DNA of 64,000 nucleotides from IMG/VR virus record IMGVR_UViG_3300031088_000645. One strand, 5' to 3'. The notes under the pieces are model-generated. The model ran no database searches and was not told the DNA's origin. It was given only the letters and a program-made list of their open reading frames with translations. The position numbers and the translations under genes are program-made. Below are positions 1-9,698 of the stretch, in pieces. The stretch's first letter is position 1; each line of letters starts with the position of its first letter. Source of the DNA: an uncultured virus (IMG/VR IMGVR_UViG_3300031088_000645). Taxonomy: Duplodnaviria > Heunggongvirae > Uroviricota > Caudoviricetes.

Positions 1-17
1 GTATTAGTCAAACACTA

Positions 18-281
18 CTAGAAAAGCCTCAGTTCGTCAAGTTTGACAATGACGGGAGTGGCTAGCTCTTGGATAGCTTCGACAAGGTTGGCATCTGAGA
101 GAACATCTCCCTCGCTGGCTTCCATGAGCAGCCATTCGATGTTTTGTTCGGGGATGGTATGTGAGACGACTTCGGCGTTATCGAAAGACAGGTAGCTGTA
201 CGGTGACTCTTCAAAACCGCCGCCGTCATGCTCGATAACAACCTTCACCTTGAATGTGATCTCTCCGAGTATCTCGCTCAT
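18..281 (-). CDS. hypothetical acidic protein
   Basis: ORF with upstream GGGGAAG RBS-like motif; no recognisable domain. Confidence 0.65.
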   Translation of the reverse strand: MSEILGEITFKVKVVIEHDGGGFEESPYSYLSFDNAEVVSHTIPEQNIEWLLMEASEGDVLSDANLVEAIQELATPVIVKLDELRLF

Positions 282-334
282 GTACTTCCCCTATGCTCGG
301 GGTCATTATCTATCACTAGGAGAGCGGAGTCAAA

Positions 335-688
335 TCAGGCGTTGACCGCCATGAACTCACCGAGGTACTCGCGCAGGTCGAGGTAGAGCGCGGCGAAGTC
401 GTTCCGGTCTTCGACGAACATCATCATGTTGATCGTGTTGAGGGCGCTGAGGATGTCGAGTTCGATGTCCGACATGTCGTCGATGTTGCCGAATGCCTCC
501 GTGTTGAGCGTGGACCATGCTGCAAGGGTCTGACGCATCTCAGCCGAGATGACCGACTTTATCTCTTCAGCGGCGTTCACCAGGGCGGTGAGGTCGAGAG
601 TCTGAGTGAGGTCGCTACGACCCAGGTCGTTCGTGGCGACGATGAGCTTGTTGATGGCGATGTTCTGCTCGAAGCTGAGGTCGTTCAT
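335..688 (-). CDS. hypothetical helical protein
   Basis: ORF, AGGGAGA RBS, high-GC3 codons. Confidence 0.75.
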   Translation of the reverse strand: MNDLSFEQNIAINKLIVATNDLGRSDLTQTLDLTALVNAAEEIKSVISAEMRQTLAAWSTLNTEAFGNIDDMSDIELDILSALNTINMMMFVEDRNDFAALYLDLREYLGEFMAVNA

Positions 689-817
689 GGTGTCTCCCTT
701 GGTCGTTTGCTGGTCTGTAGTTAGCCTACTCCTTGCTTGACGATGTTGTCACACCCAAACCGCAGAAAGATTAAACGACAACAGCCCCTCCGAATAAGGG
801 CTGCCATTCGCACTGTG

Positions 818-1195
818 TCAGCACATGTATTCGGTGAGTACGCCCATGTGGTCGTTGAGGTCGTGGGTTGCGCGAACGAACTCACCAATGGTCTTGGCTA
901 GGTCGATGTAGTGGAAGTAGATGTAGACGTAACCAACAAGCTGTTCGGCGTAGGTGAATTCACTCTCTTCGAGCAATTCGGGGTAGATGTCGTCGTTCTC
1001 GTTCTTCAACTCGCTGATGATGAGGTCGCAGAACGCCAGTAGCTCATCCGGGAAAGCACTCATCACTTCTGGCAGCACATCTTTGACTCTACGTGTGTCA
1101 GCAAGTTCGCTGACTGGCGCTTGGTTGTATGCATCGATGGCTTTTGAAAGCTCAAAGTAAGCTTTGCGCTGGTCGCTCGTGAACGCTTCAATCAT
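818..1195 (-). CDS. hypothetical helical protein
   Basis: ORF with GAGG RBS, followed by hairpin near 783-803. Confidence 0.75.
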   Translation of the reverse strand: MIEAFTSDQRKAYFELSKAIDAYNQAPVSELADTRRVKDVLPEVMSAFPDELLAFCDLIISELKNENDDIYPELLEESEFTYAEQLVGYVYIYFHYIDLAKTIGEFVRATHDLNDHMGVLTEYMC

Positions 1196-1203
1196 GATGC
1201 GCC

Positions 1204-1581
1204 TCAGGCGTTCTCGGTGTACGTCACGAGGTCGTGAACGGTATCGAGGAACTCTGCCAGGAACTCCGAGAACTGACGGTCGGTCACCCTGTCGAGTTCA
1301 TGCAGGCTGGCGACAACGTAGGAGATGTGTTCGGTGAAGCCTGCGTAGGTCAGGTAAAGCTCCGAAGTCGAGATCTTACCTCCCAGGAACTCGTCGGCAA
1401 CACGGCGGTTCACACCAGGCGCGGTGTCCAGAAGTCCGAACAGAGCGGCATGGACAAGCGAGGTGTCACGTGCCTGTGCAGAGTCACCGCTCAGGGTGAA
1501 CGACTCTCGAAGCTTCAGAGAGACCTCTTTGAGAGAAAGCACGAGTTCGGTGATGAAGGGCGTAACGTTAGCGTCAGTCAT
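1204..1581 (-). CDS. hypothetical helical protein
   Basis: ORF with AAGGA RBS, co-oriented with neighbours. Confidence 0.75.
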   Translation of the reverse strand: MTDANVTPFITELVLSLKEVSLKLRESFTLSGDSAQARDTSLVHAALFGLLDTAPGVNRRVADEFLGGKISTSELYLTYAGFTEHISYVVASLHELDRVTDRQFSEFLAEFLDTVHDLVTYTENA

Positions 1582-1610
1582 GATGGTGTCCTTGCGTAGG
1601 TGAAGACGGT

Positions 1611-2033
1611 TCAGTGGTTGGTGTTCTCGTCGGCGTACAGGTAGAGGAACCCGCCGCTCTGGCGAAGGTTCTGCATCGCGACGGAGAGTTCAGCGGCTGT
1701 CTTGGCGGAGAAGGTCTCCCACAGAGCCATCCAGGTCAGGATGAAGGCGAGATCGAATCCTTCGAATCCCTGACGACGAAGTTCAGCAGTGCATTCACCA
1801 TCGAGGTCGCCGTCTCCACGCTGAGCGAGAACGGGAAGCACCTCATCACGCATGGTGTTGGCGATGGCGTTGACTCGACCGATCAGGGGAATGGAGTGAG
1901 TCACGGCATTGAACACATCACCGCTTTCCAGCGACTTCTCGTACGTGTCGAGAAGATCGAAGTGGGCACGCTCGAACTGGTCGATGAGTTTGCGTTGTTC
2001 GGCGGTGGTCTTGGTCAGGATTGTCTCGGTCAT
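1611..2033 (-). CDS. hypothetical helical protein
   Basis: ORF downstream of TTGCAT-N17-TAGTGT promoter near 2070-2098. Confidence 0.75.
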   Translation of the reverse strand: MTETILTKTTAEQRKLIDQFERAHFDLLDTYEKSLESGDVFNAVTHSIPLIGRVNAIANTMRDEVLPVLAQRGDGDLDGECTAELRRQGFEGFDLAFILTWMALWETFSAKTAAELSVAMQNLRQSGGFLYLYADENTNH

Positions 2034-2107
2034 GTCTGCCCCTAGATGAAGTGAACTGCTCTATATCTACACACTATCAGCTACATGACCAAAATGCAAG
2101 ACGGTCC

Positions 2108-2473
2108 TTATGAGGCGCTGAGGTAATTGCTTCTGACGTTGGCGATAGCCTCTACCGAGTAGTTGATAGCGGTAGCGAACTCCGGTAGATTCTGTGCGTT
2201 GACAAGGCGACGAACAGCCGCAAGGATGACGATGATGCAGACCTCTTGTGGGCTAATACCCTGAGAGATGATATCGGCAGCGTCCTTGGAATCCTCAAAG
2301 AGGCTGTTGAACGCCTCGTGAGTCTTCTTACTCGCATGACGACTAAGTTGTGCGCCTTCGTTGGCTACAGCGGTGATGGCGATAGTACCCATCTTGCCGG
2401 GGTGCTTCTCAAGTAGGGACTCGATTGCCGTAATGGCGCTGATGATAGCTAGATCTGTGCTGTTGGTGGTCAT
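2108..2473 (-). CDS. hypothetical protein, leaderless start
   Basis: TAGGGT-N6-ATG. Confidence 0.7.
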   Translation of the reverse strand: MTTNSTDLAIISAITAIESLLEKHPGKMGTIAITAVANEGAQLSRHASKKTHEAFNSLFEDSKDAADIISQGISPQEVCIIVILAAVRRLVNAQNLPEFATAINYSVEAIANVRSNYLSAS

Positions 2474-2517
2474 GTGCGCACCCTAACAGAATGAGACTTT
2501 GCGCACAACACGACCAA

Positions 2518-2913
2518 TCACGACTTCTTGATGTGCTGCTCTTCTTTGTTCACGACATCGAGCGTGAGGGCGAGGGCGGGTAGTGTTGCCTTGATCCTTT
2601 CGGCTCGCCTGATGAACTCTTCGGCATCGCGAAGACGCATCTCAGCAATCTCTCGCTTCTTGCCAAGAACATAGAGACGGCGTTGGCGGATAAAAGCTTC
2701 GACACGTTTATGGACCTCAGGAGTCCAGTCCGACTCATCGACCGTTTTGCCGATCATGTCGTACGAGCCATTGAGGATAAAGGAGACGGTGACGCTGGGG
2801 TGAACAAGGTCTTGTCCCACCCACACCGTGTACTCACCCATGTCTGCGTAAAAAGACTCTCTGGGGAAGCCGTACTCCCAGCCGTACAGATCTGGGTTCA
2901 GAACATCAGTCAT
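2518..2913 (-). CDS. hypothetical protein
   Basis: ORF with GAGGA RBS. Confidence 0.7.
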   Translation of the reverse strand: MTDVLNPDLYGWEYGFPRESFYADMGEYTVWVGQDLVHPSVTVSFILNGSYDMIGKTVDESDWTPEVHKRVEAFIRQRRLYVLGKKREIAEMRLRDAEEFIRRAERIKATLPALALTLDVVNKEEQHIKKS

Positions 2914-2987
2914 GGCGGATTCCTCATCTCGTTGTCTATCTAGAGGCTAACTGGTGATAGACCATCTGTCAATCTAGACGATGCTAC

Positions 2988-3296
2988 TCAGAATAGTGTC
3001 GGGTGGGGGTCTGCTAGTTTGACTGTGCCTGACTCAAAGTGGATTTCGACTACCTGGCTTGCGTGTGCTGCGAGCAGGGCTGGCTTCATTTCTGCCGCGC
3101 CTACTCCACATGTAACCGCAGTATCGGCAAGGACATCCTTGATATCTCTACGCTCGTTATCAATGAGGTAGGTACGGATGACCTCTACCTGTCTTTCGAT
3201 GTATGCCGACTTCTTATTCGCTTCCATACTAAGAAGTCTACCGAAGGGGATTGCCTCATAGACGTTAACGACCAAACCGCCTTCACTGTGAGGCAA
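2988..3296 (-). CDS. hypothetical protein (start uncertain)
   Basis: ORF co-oriented with neighbours. Confidence 0.55.
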   Translation of the reverse strand: MPHSEGGLVVNVYEAIPFGRLLSMEANKKSAYIERQVEVIRTYLIDNERRDIKDVLADTAVTCGVGAAEMKPALLAAHASQVVEIHFESGTVKLADPHPTLF

Positions 3297-3313
3297 GGGC
3301 GGTTTGATGACTG

Positions 3314-3682
3314 TCAGTTCTTAGCTGAGTCCTTGATGCGCTCGGTGAGCTTCTGGACGCGCACACCAGAGATGCGTCGTGTGGTCTTGACGGGAAGTTC
3401 GATTCCCGTGTAGGTGGCGCGGCTGAGGCGGCGTTCCTCCACCTTCAGGCTCTGGATGAGCGGCTTGATGCTCTTCCAGTTCTTGTGATCGGGCGTGACG
3501 CGGAGACGGACTGCGAGCGGGTGGTTCTCCGGCTTACGCTGGTCGTTGCGCTCGATTTCCTCCAACTGGAAGAGAGCAAGGCTGACCTCGGTCAAGAACT
3601 CGCGAGCTTCCTTCGCCTTGTACTCGACACCGTTGATGCTGATCGTACGACGACGACGGCTGATGAGCTTGCTGATGCCCAT
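3314..3682 (-). CDS. hypothetical basic protein
   Basis: ORF with GGAAGG RBS, K/R-rich. Confidence 0.7.
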   Translation of the reverse strand: MGISKLISRRRRTISINGVEYKAKEAREFLTEVSLALFQLEEIERNDQRKPENHPLAVRLRVTPDHKNWKSIKPLIQSLKVEERRLSRATYTGIELPVKTTRRISGVRVQKLTERIKDSAKN

Positions 3683-3747
3683 GATGTTGACCTTCCGACT
3701 AAGAACTGTGATTGATACTTACATCGTAACAACCGAACGATTCAAAG

Positions 3748-4029
3748 TCAAGCAGTCTTCTCGGCATCAGTGCTGTAGAAGCGCTCTTCGAATCGGTACT
3801 TGCGGTTAAATGCGGCGTACCGAGCGCTCTTCAAACTGTCGGCAGTCAGCTTCTCTGCTGAACTCAGCATGGGTCGAGACAGCGCGGCGAACAGCACGAT
3901 GATTGCCGCCACCTCAGGGCTGATGATTCCCATGAGTCCGACGCAGATGGCGGCGACGATGACGTAGATGTTGGCGAAGGCGCGAAGGATGCGGATGAAA
4001 GCGATGAGTGCTGTCAGCATGGTGACCAT
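3748..4029 (-). CDS. small membrane protein
   Basis: two hydrophobic segments, GGAG RBS. Confidence 0.65.
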   Translation of the reverse strand: MVTMLTALIAFIRILRAFANIYVIVAAICVGLMGIISPEVAAIIVLFAALSRPMLSSAEKLTADSLKSARYAAFNRKYRFEERFYSTDAEKTA

Positions 4030-4059
4030 GATTGTGCTACTCCATTCTAGGTGTACTGC

Positions 4060-4206
4060 TTAGGCGGCGGTGACACCCGAGGTCGGGGTCGAGAGGTGGT
4101 GCTCAGGAAGAGTGCTACGACGCATCAGATCGTGGATGTTGGGGATGCTTCCGTGGCTAGACGCGGTGGGAAGCTCGTTGATCTGGGTTGCGGTGAGGTC
4201 GGACAT
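4060..4206 (-). CDS. small hypothetical protein (MSDLTATQ...)
   Basis: AAGGAAACC-ATG; upstream TTGACA near 4263-4268. Confidence 0.45.
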   Translation of the reverse strand: MSDLTATQINELPTASSHGSIPNIHDLMRRSTLPEHHLSTPTSGVTAA

Positions 4207-4392
4207 GGTTTCCTTGGTGGTGAGAGGTGGAATAGATACATCCAATCACAGCACTTTGGGATTGTCAACTTTGACACCCCAGTGTGTCGTGATTTGGTTG
4301 GCTCAATCATACGATATGCAGCAGACTTTCGCCAACGAAAAATGAAGACATGGGTCTCAACTACAATAGGTATAACAAAGGAGAGGTCCACT

Positions 4393-5187
4393 ATGTCAAA
4401 CGGCAAAATCGCTCAGACCAAGATGGTCACAAAGAACGGTAAGACGTTCGCTCAGCAGTTTTGGGTCAACCCAGACAATGCTTCTGCGGGCGCTCGTGCT
4501 CGTGCAGCAGGAATGCCCACCAGCAACGTCACAGTCGATGAACTAGAAGCATCAACCACCGAGAAGGCTATGACTTACCTCAAGGCTGATTCCTGGTCGA
4601 TGAGTCACCCCGAAGACTTCGTAAACGGCTTCGAGGCATCCTATGAATTCCAGTCTGATAGCGTAGATGATTCGCTCACTCAGTACCTCTCTGACAATGA
4701 CCCTGATGAGGTTCACAATATTGTCTACCGCAGTGGTTTCCGCGCAGGTCAGGTAGCTAAGCTCGCAGAGAACCCCGACAACCACCTTCGTCGTTCACAC
4801 GGTTACTACATCGCCAATGATGCAGACAGGCAGAAGCTCACCGATGCTCTAAAGGACAAGGTGTTCACACGCAATCCCTTCTCCCGAGGTGATGACGTTA
4901 TGGTCCCAGCAGGTACCCCATTCACTTCTACCGACCCCAATATCAAGGGTGTCCAGTTCACTAAGGTGAACAGGAAGTACAAGGTGCACGGTAACAACCA
5001 GGGCTATACACACGGTGGCATTGACAAGATGTTCATTGAGCCGGGTGAGATTACTTCGACCGGTACCGGAAGCTACTGGAAGAGGTTCGTTGTCACGCAC
5101 GAGATGGTCTCTGCAAACGGTATTGAGCCTGAGGGAGCAACACTAGGTGACTTCGGTGAAGAAATCGCCCGAGGAAGCCGCTGGTAA
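4393..5187 (+). CDS. hypothetical protein with N-terminal 'VTKNGKTF..FWV' tag-like motif
   Basis: AAAGGAGAGG RBS before ATG 4393; terminator follows. Confidence 0.8.
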   Translation: MSNGKIAQTKMVTKNGKTFAQQFWVNPDNASAGARARAAGMPTSNVTVDELEASTTEKAMTYLKADSWSMSHPEDFVNGFEASYEFQSDSVDDSLTQYLSDNDPDEVHNIVYRSGFRAGQVAKLAENPDNHLRRSHGYYIANDADRQKLTDALKDKVFTRNPFSRGDDVMVPAGTPFTSTDPNIKGVQFTKVNRKYKVHGNNQGYTHGGIDKMFIEPGEITSTGTGSYWKRFVVTHEMVSANGIEPEGATLGDFGEEIARGSRW

Positions 5188-5198
5188 GCTTCATACGC

Positions 5199-5233
5199 AA
5201 GAAAGCCCCGTCATTATCTGACGGGGCTTTCTT
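5199..5233. terminator. bidirectional intrinsic terminator
   Basis: AAGAAAGCCCCGTCA-ttatc-TGACGGGGCTTTCTT between convergent genes. Confidence 0.85.
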
Positions 5234-5238
5234 ACTTG

Positions 5239-5607
5239 CTAGGCGGCTTTACGCATTCTTCCCTTCCGGGTGCCACTTGCGTCCCGATAGGACTGTGGCA
5301 GGGTGGCGTAGCACTCGATGCTGTAGGTCATGCTCTTCAGGATGTCGAGATACGCGGTCCCATGCTCGGGCGCATTTCCCTCTTCCTTGGCAATCTCAGC
5401 AAGGAGAATGTTCATGACCGTGAGGTCGTAGATGTTCTCCAAAGCGGTGTGTACTACCTTAGCCGCCGCCGTCTCTTCGTTACTCTTGTCAACTGCGGTG
5501 ACCAGCTTAGGAGGGGCAGTTCCCTCCTGTGCCAGCAACTGAAGCTTCTCGTTCAGTTCGTTGTTCTTCTTGTAGATCTGGTAGATCTGCGAATAAATGT
5601 GTTGCAT
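5239..5607 (-). CDS. hypothetical helical protein
   Basis: ORF, AAGGAG RBS overlapping upstream gene end. Confidence 0.7.
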   Translation of the reverse strand: MQHIYSQIYQIYKKNNELNEKLQLLAQEGTAPPKLVTAVDKSNEETAAAKVVHTALENIYDLTVMNILLAEIAKEEGNAPEHGTAYLDILKSMTYSIECYATLPQSYRDASGTRKGRMRKAA

Positions 5608-5612
5608 GGTTA

Positions 5613-5972
5613 CTACTCCTTGATGTGGAGGGACAGTTTGATGTTGGCGGCTCGAAGAACCTCTACGAACTCCCGCGAAGGCATTGGCAGTTGGTAGTAC
5701 AGTTCCATGAGCCTCTGGTGGATCTCAGCGTAGACGGCGTTCAGGTCGTCGGGGCTGTTCTTGAAAGCGTCGATGACGAACACCGCACCTCGTGCCCGCG
5801 CGGCAACCTTGGTGAGGGTGTCGAGGGTCTCGGGGCTGGCAACGACCTCGAACTCGCGGTCGTTTTCGTGGATGGTGTTCAGGATGTCGCGGTAGTCCTG
5901 AACTAGGAACCCGTTCTCGCGGATAGCCTGCTCGGTGTATTCCTGGTCGCTGATCTCGTTCGTGCTGGGCAT
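5613..5972 (-). CDS. hypothetical helical protein
   Basis: ORF, AGGAG RBS. Confidence 0.75.
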   Translation of the reverse strand: MPSTNEISDQEYTEQAIRENGFLVQDYRDILNTIHENDREFEVVASPETLDTLTKVAARARGAVFVIDAFKNSPDDLNAVYAEIHQRLMELYYQLPMPSREFVEVLRAANIKLSLHIKE

Positions 5973-5985
5973 GATTACTCCTGGC

Positions 5986-6309
5986 TCAGTGGTTGATGGT
6001 GTCGCGGAAGATGCTGGTGAGTTCGACGAAGGTGTCGATGTAGTTCTTGTTGAACGTGCTGTCGGCGCTCTTGATCTCGACCTCCGACTTCTCCATCTCG
6101 CTCAGAAGACGGGTGTCGTCGAAGCGGTACAGGGTGACGAGGCGGTGCACTCGAAGGGCAGCGCTGTAACGAGCGTGGTCGCGACGAAAAGCCACGTCCA
6201 AGTCCGAACCACCCTGGTTGTAGTCCGTGGTCTCGATAAGAGCCTTCGAAGCTTCGTACTCATCGCGGATGACAAGCGTCTTCTGCGTGAGAATATCCGA
6301 GTGCCTCAT
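5986..6309 (-). CDS. hypothetical helical protein
   Basis: ORF, AAAGGA RBS, TTGCAA-N17-TAGTGT promoter near 6355-6383. Confidence 0.75.
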   Translation of the reverse strand: MRHSDILTQKTLVIRDEYEASKALIETTDYNQGGSDLDVAFRRDHARYSAALRVHRLVTLYRFDDTRLLSEMEKSEVEIKSADSTFNKNYIDTFVELTSIFRDTINH

Positions 6310-6401
6310 GACTAGTCCTTTGCTATCGAGAGCGTTTACAAGTTGATAACTAGAACACTACCGCATTTACCAGAGTTTTGCAAACATCTATCTTATTGCT
6401 C

Positions 6402-6794
6402 TCAGATATCGCTTCTGCCGTGAATCCTCAAGCTGTTCTGATAGTCCTCTTCCATGCTTGCCATCGTGTCAAGCTCAACTCCACTGCGGAGGTTCTTCAG
6501 GTATGCGATAACCCTTTGCTTGGCGGTCTCTTCGGGGTATCGCTCATGTGACCCGTCGTTGATGCGATAAATGACATAGGTCGTAGACCAGTACGACTCA
6601 AACCACCGCCAGATGTCATTGGAATCATCTTCGTCCTTGCCCATGTTGAATAGGTGACCAAAGAAGCAGTTCCTAGCTCCATCGCTTGAACGTACCGTGT
6701 CAACATTCCATGACTCATCAGATGTCGCCTCCATGTAGGAGATGACATCATCGAGACTGAACGTGTCTCGATCTGCTAGCTCGCGATACGCCAT
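6402..6794 (-). CDS. hypothetical protein
   Basis: ORF, GAGGA RBS; globular-looking sequence (NCFFGHL). Confidence 0.75.
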   Translation of the reverse strand: MAYRELADRDTFSLDDVISYMEATSDESWNVDTVRSSDGARNCFFGHLFNMGKDEDDSNDIWRWFESYWSTTYVIYRINDGSHERYPEETAKQRVIAYLKNLRSGVELDTMASMEEDYQNSLRIHGRSDI

Positions 6795-7198
6795 AGTGAG
6801 TCCTCTTGGTCCAGCTTATGCTCCTGCTCAAGCTTGTCGAACTCGTGCTTGACGAAGTAGATGGCTTCTTTGAAGAATCTCTTGCTGATAGTCTCCGGCT
6901 CATTCCCTCCATACGTGAGGTACAAGTTGAAGTGAGTCTTGAAATGCTCGAACATGAACTCGCCCGACTTGCTACCAAACGCGTAGAGGTAGTAACGACC
7001 CCGCTCAGCCGCCCCTCCAAACTCAGCCTTCTTGGTGAGTTCTAGTACCTTCTCCGGCGAGAGTTTAGGCTTCCGAAGCGCCTTGTCCTTATCGAGTTCA
7101 GCAGAGGCAGCATTGCCTTCATTCATCATGCTCAGGAACCGCAGGATGAGTTTACGTCGTGCTTCCATATTGATGGGCGCGGACTTGTTCATCGCCAT
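6776..7198 (-). CDS. hypothetical protein
   Basis: ORF overlapping both neighbours (translational coupling). Confidence 0.7.
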   Translation of the reverse strand: MAMNKSAPINMEARRKLILRFLSMMNEGNAASAELDKDKALRKPKLSPEKVLELTKKAEFGGAAERGRYYLYAFGSKSGEFMFEHFKTHFNLYLTYGGNEPETISKRFFKEAIYFVKHEFDKLEQEHKLDQEDSLWRIAS

Positions 7199-7563
7199 GC
7201 TCCTAGCGCTTCGAGAGTGTCACTGAACACTCGGGTGTAATCTTCGGGGAAGTCGCCATTACGCTGCATGATGAGCGCTTCCCGGAGTGAATCGATGATG
7301 GTGTCGGTATCGAACCAGTCACCCGAAGCGTTAGATGAAATGACACTCATGATGAACCATAGAGCGTGTGACTTGTTACTCGCCGTCTGTACCACGGTCG
7401 TCAAATTATTCGTCACGGCTGACAGGCGCGGTGCATCAGGAGCTTCGTCGATGAGCGGACCAACGGTCGTCACGATCAGGGCATTGTCAGCGTAGTCGGC
7501 ACGAAGCTTATCGTGGTGCCGCTTCATGCGAACCTGCGTTGCGTACTCGTCTGCTGCTGACAT
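7189..7563 (-). CDS. hypothetical protein
   Basis: ORF, AGGAGG RBS. Confidence 0.75.
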   Translation of the reverse strand: MSAADEYATQVRMKRHHDKLRADYADNALIVTTVGPLIDEAPDAPRLSAVTNNLTTVVQTASNKSHALWFIMSVISSNASGDWFDTDTIIDSLREALIMQRNGDFPEDYTRVFSDTLEALGAWR

Positions 7564-7597
7564 TGCGTTTGCCCTCCTAGGCTAGATAAGGTTGATT

Positions 7598-7990
7598 CTA
7601 CTGCTCTGTTGCGATGGAACGGTCTAGATCGTCCATCACTGCGCTAAGCAGGTTGATTGCCGAGACGTAGAGCGCACTGTACCCAAGCTTGCTTCCATCG
7701 TCCTTAGGCGCGTCGTAGTTGCGCAACTCAGCAAGTAGACCCTTCGGGTCTAAGAAACCATGCAGGGCTACCAGCTTCTTGATCTCCACTGCCTCCCGAG
7801 CGTACTCGACGTGCTTAGCGAAGTCTGACACAGCCTGGGTGCTAGGGATGACCGGAGCCGTGTTGAGCTCGAAGCTCTTGGCACTCTGCTCGAAGAGCTT
7901 GATGCCTCGTGTGTACTTGTCGATGTGCTCGTCACATGCAGCATCAATAGCCTTGAGGGCATTGAAGTAAGGTGCAGCGCTGGTCGCCAT
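7598..7990 (-). CDS. hypothetical helical protein
   Basis: ORF, AAGGAA RBS. Confidence 0.75.
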   Translation of the reverse strand: MATSAAPYFNALKAIDAACDEHIDKYTRGIKLFEQSAKSFELNTAPVIPSTQAVSDFAKHVEYAREAVEIKKLVALHGFLDPKGLLAELRNYDAPKDDGSKLGYSALYVSAINLLSAVMDDLDRSIATEQ

Positions 7991-8047
7991 GATTTCCTTG
8001 GTAGTGGTTGTGTGTAAACGGTATGTGTCGAATAAACCTAGACCCGA

Positions 8048-8395
8048 CTACGACTGAAGGGTGTTGAGCATCTCTCGGATGGGTCCGAGCGAAGTCTCGG
8101 AATCGGTGTCCCAGCGAGAAGAGTCGATGTGCCAGTTGCCCTTCTTGATAGCCTGCTCGACGGTGAACTTGTTGAACTCGAAGAAGTCGAGAACGATGCG
8201 GTAACCGCGAGCCTCCATCAACGACCTTTTGAGTTCGTCAAGCTCGAAGTTGTGAGGCAGAGAGGACTTGCTGCGTTCAGCTAGCTCCTGGATGCTGGCG
8301 GTGCACGCCGAGATGTTCTTGTGCGCCTCGGTGACGATCTGCTCGACCTTGCGAGCGTCATCGAGCGCTTTCTGGTTCTGCTCGTCCTCAGTCAT
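8048..8395 (-). CDS. hypothetical helical protein (start MTEDEQ)
   Basis: start overlaps stop of upstream gene. Confidence 0.7.
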   Translation of the reverse strand: MTEDEQNQKALDDARKVEQIVTEAHKNISACTASIQELAERSKSSLPHNFELDELKRSLMEARGYRIVLDFFEFNKFTVEQAIKKGNWHIDSSRWDTDSETSLGPIREMLNTLQS

Positions 8396-8777
8396 TGGTG
8401 GCGATCCGTCGTCGGATCTTGGCGAGCGCGATGTCGAAGGGCTGGTAGTACTCAGCGGGGTACTCACCGTAGTGGCGGTTCGCACGCTCGTTGTCGAGGA
8501 TCTGGATCTTCTTCTCCAGGGTGAGGTCGTCGCGAAGGGTATCGACTACGAACTCGGCACCCTCAGCACGGAATCGCTTAGCCGAGAGCACGTTGAACTC
8601 CTCAGCGGTGGGGATGATTTTGACGTTGGCGTAGTCCGCGATGTCGCGGAAGTAGTTGTCGATGTCCGACTGTGCAGCGGAGATGGCGTTCTCGACGTTA
8701 CGCTCGTCCTGAGTGATGCTCTGGCTCATGGTTTCGCTTTCGCTTAGTGGGATATGCGGGTGGTTTGTCCCGTACAT
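8388..8777 (-). CDS. hypothetical protein, leaderless start
   Basis: TTGACG-N17-TAGGGT-N6-ATG. Confidence 0.7.
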   Translation of the reverse strand: MYGTNHPHIPLSESETMSQSITQDERNVENAISAAQSDIDNYFRDIADYANVKIIPTAEEFNVLSAKRFRAEGAEFVVDTLRDDLTLEKKIQILDNERANRHYGEYPAEYYQPFDIALAKIRRRIATND

Positions 8778-8870
8778 ACTTTTACCCTATCGCATAAAGA
8801 CGCAAGCGTCAACCACCGAACCATTTCGCGCACTACACGCCGTGGTACTATCCTCGCGACAAGGAGAGCA

Positions 8871-9503
8871 ATGTCGAACCAGGAAGACTTCGAGAAAGCA
8901 GTACTCGCCCGCGCCGAGAAAAAGGGTGAGTCTCCCGAGATTGCGCGTCATGTTCTGACCCGTGCTACCGACCCACAACATGAGGTTTCTATCGAGTTCT
9001 CTGATGAGGATGGTGAGGACTACCGGTGGAGTTCGTTCAAGCCGCACGTACTCTTCCCGAGCCTTGCGGCAATGGATGCTTTCATCTACCGAGTGGTGCG
9101 TGGTTCTGAGTTCTCGTTCACGCTAGTGAGTCGTTTTCCTTACGAGACGTATCGGGTAATGGAGCATGAAGGTGAGACCTACGAGATACCAGTGAAGAAG
9201 ACTATCGCTGATGGTCTTCGAGCTATTCACCAGCTTGCTGATTACTGCCAGACCTCATCCCTTGTTGATACCGTGGGCTACATCGATATGGTGCAGATGA
9301 TCGCACTGGATCTTGATGCCTTCGTTCTCGATGGCTGTTTTGATGATGCCGATAACCCCGAAGCGCTAGAAGACCTGCTCCGCCTCATCGTCTCTGCGAG
9401 AACCAGGAATATCTACATCGTTGCATATGCCTCGGAAGTGTCGAGTGGTCATTTTGCGGCACAATTGTTCGACCATATCGAGACTGTCACGAATATAAGC
9501 TGA
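8871..9503 (+). CDS. hypothetical acidic protein (start MSNQEDF)
   Basis: AAGGAGAG RBS; C-terminal half loosely resembles a degenerate P-loop alpha/beta fold. Confidence 0.75.
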   Translation: MSNQEDFEKAVLARAEKKGESPEIARHVLTRATDPQHEVSIEFSDEDGEDYRWSSFKPHVLFPSLAAMDAFIYRVVRGSEFSFTLVSRFPYETYRVMEHEGETYEIPVKKTIADGLRAIHQLADYCQTSSLVDTVGYIDMVQMIALDLDAFVLDGCFDDADNPEALEDLLRLIVSARTRNIYIVAYASEVSSGHFAAQLFDHIETVTNIS

Positions 9504-9698
9504 CGGCTTATCAACGGGTTTCATAAGCCAGAGACTTATCAAACACCTGCCGCGCATATCGTTTTATCACCGAAACGCTGAGAAAATGATTTGACAGCGA
9601 ACCTTATTCTGTGATACATTCGAAGGAACTCGTGGACTGCATCTGATCGTAGTACGAGGCTCACGACTGACACCCGATTACTCTGACCACCGATTACC

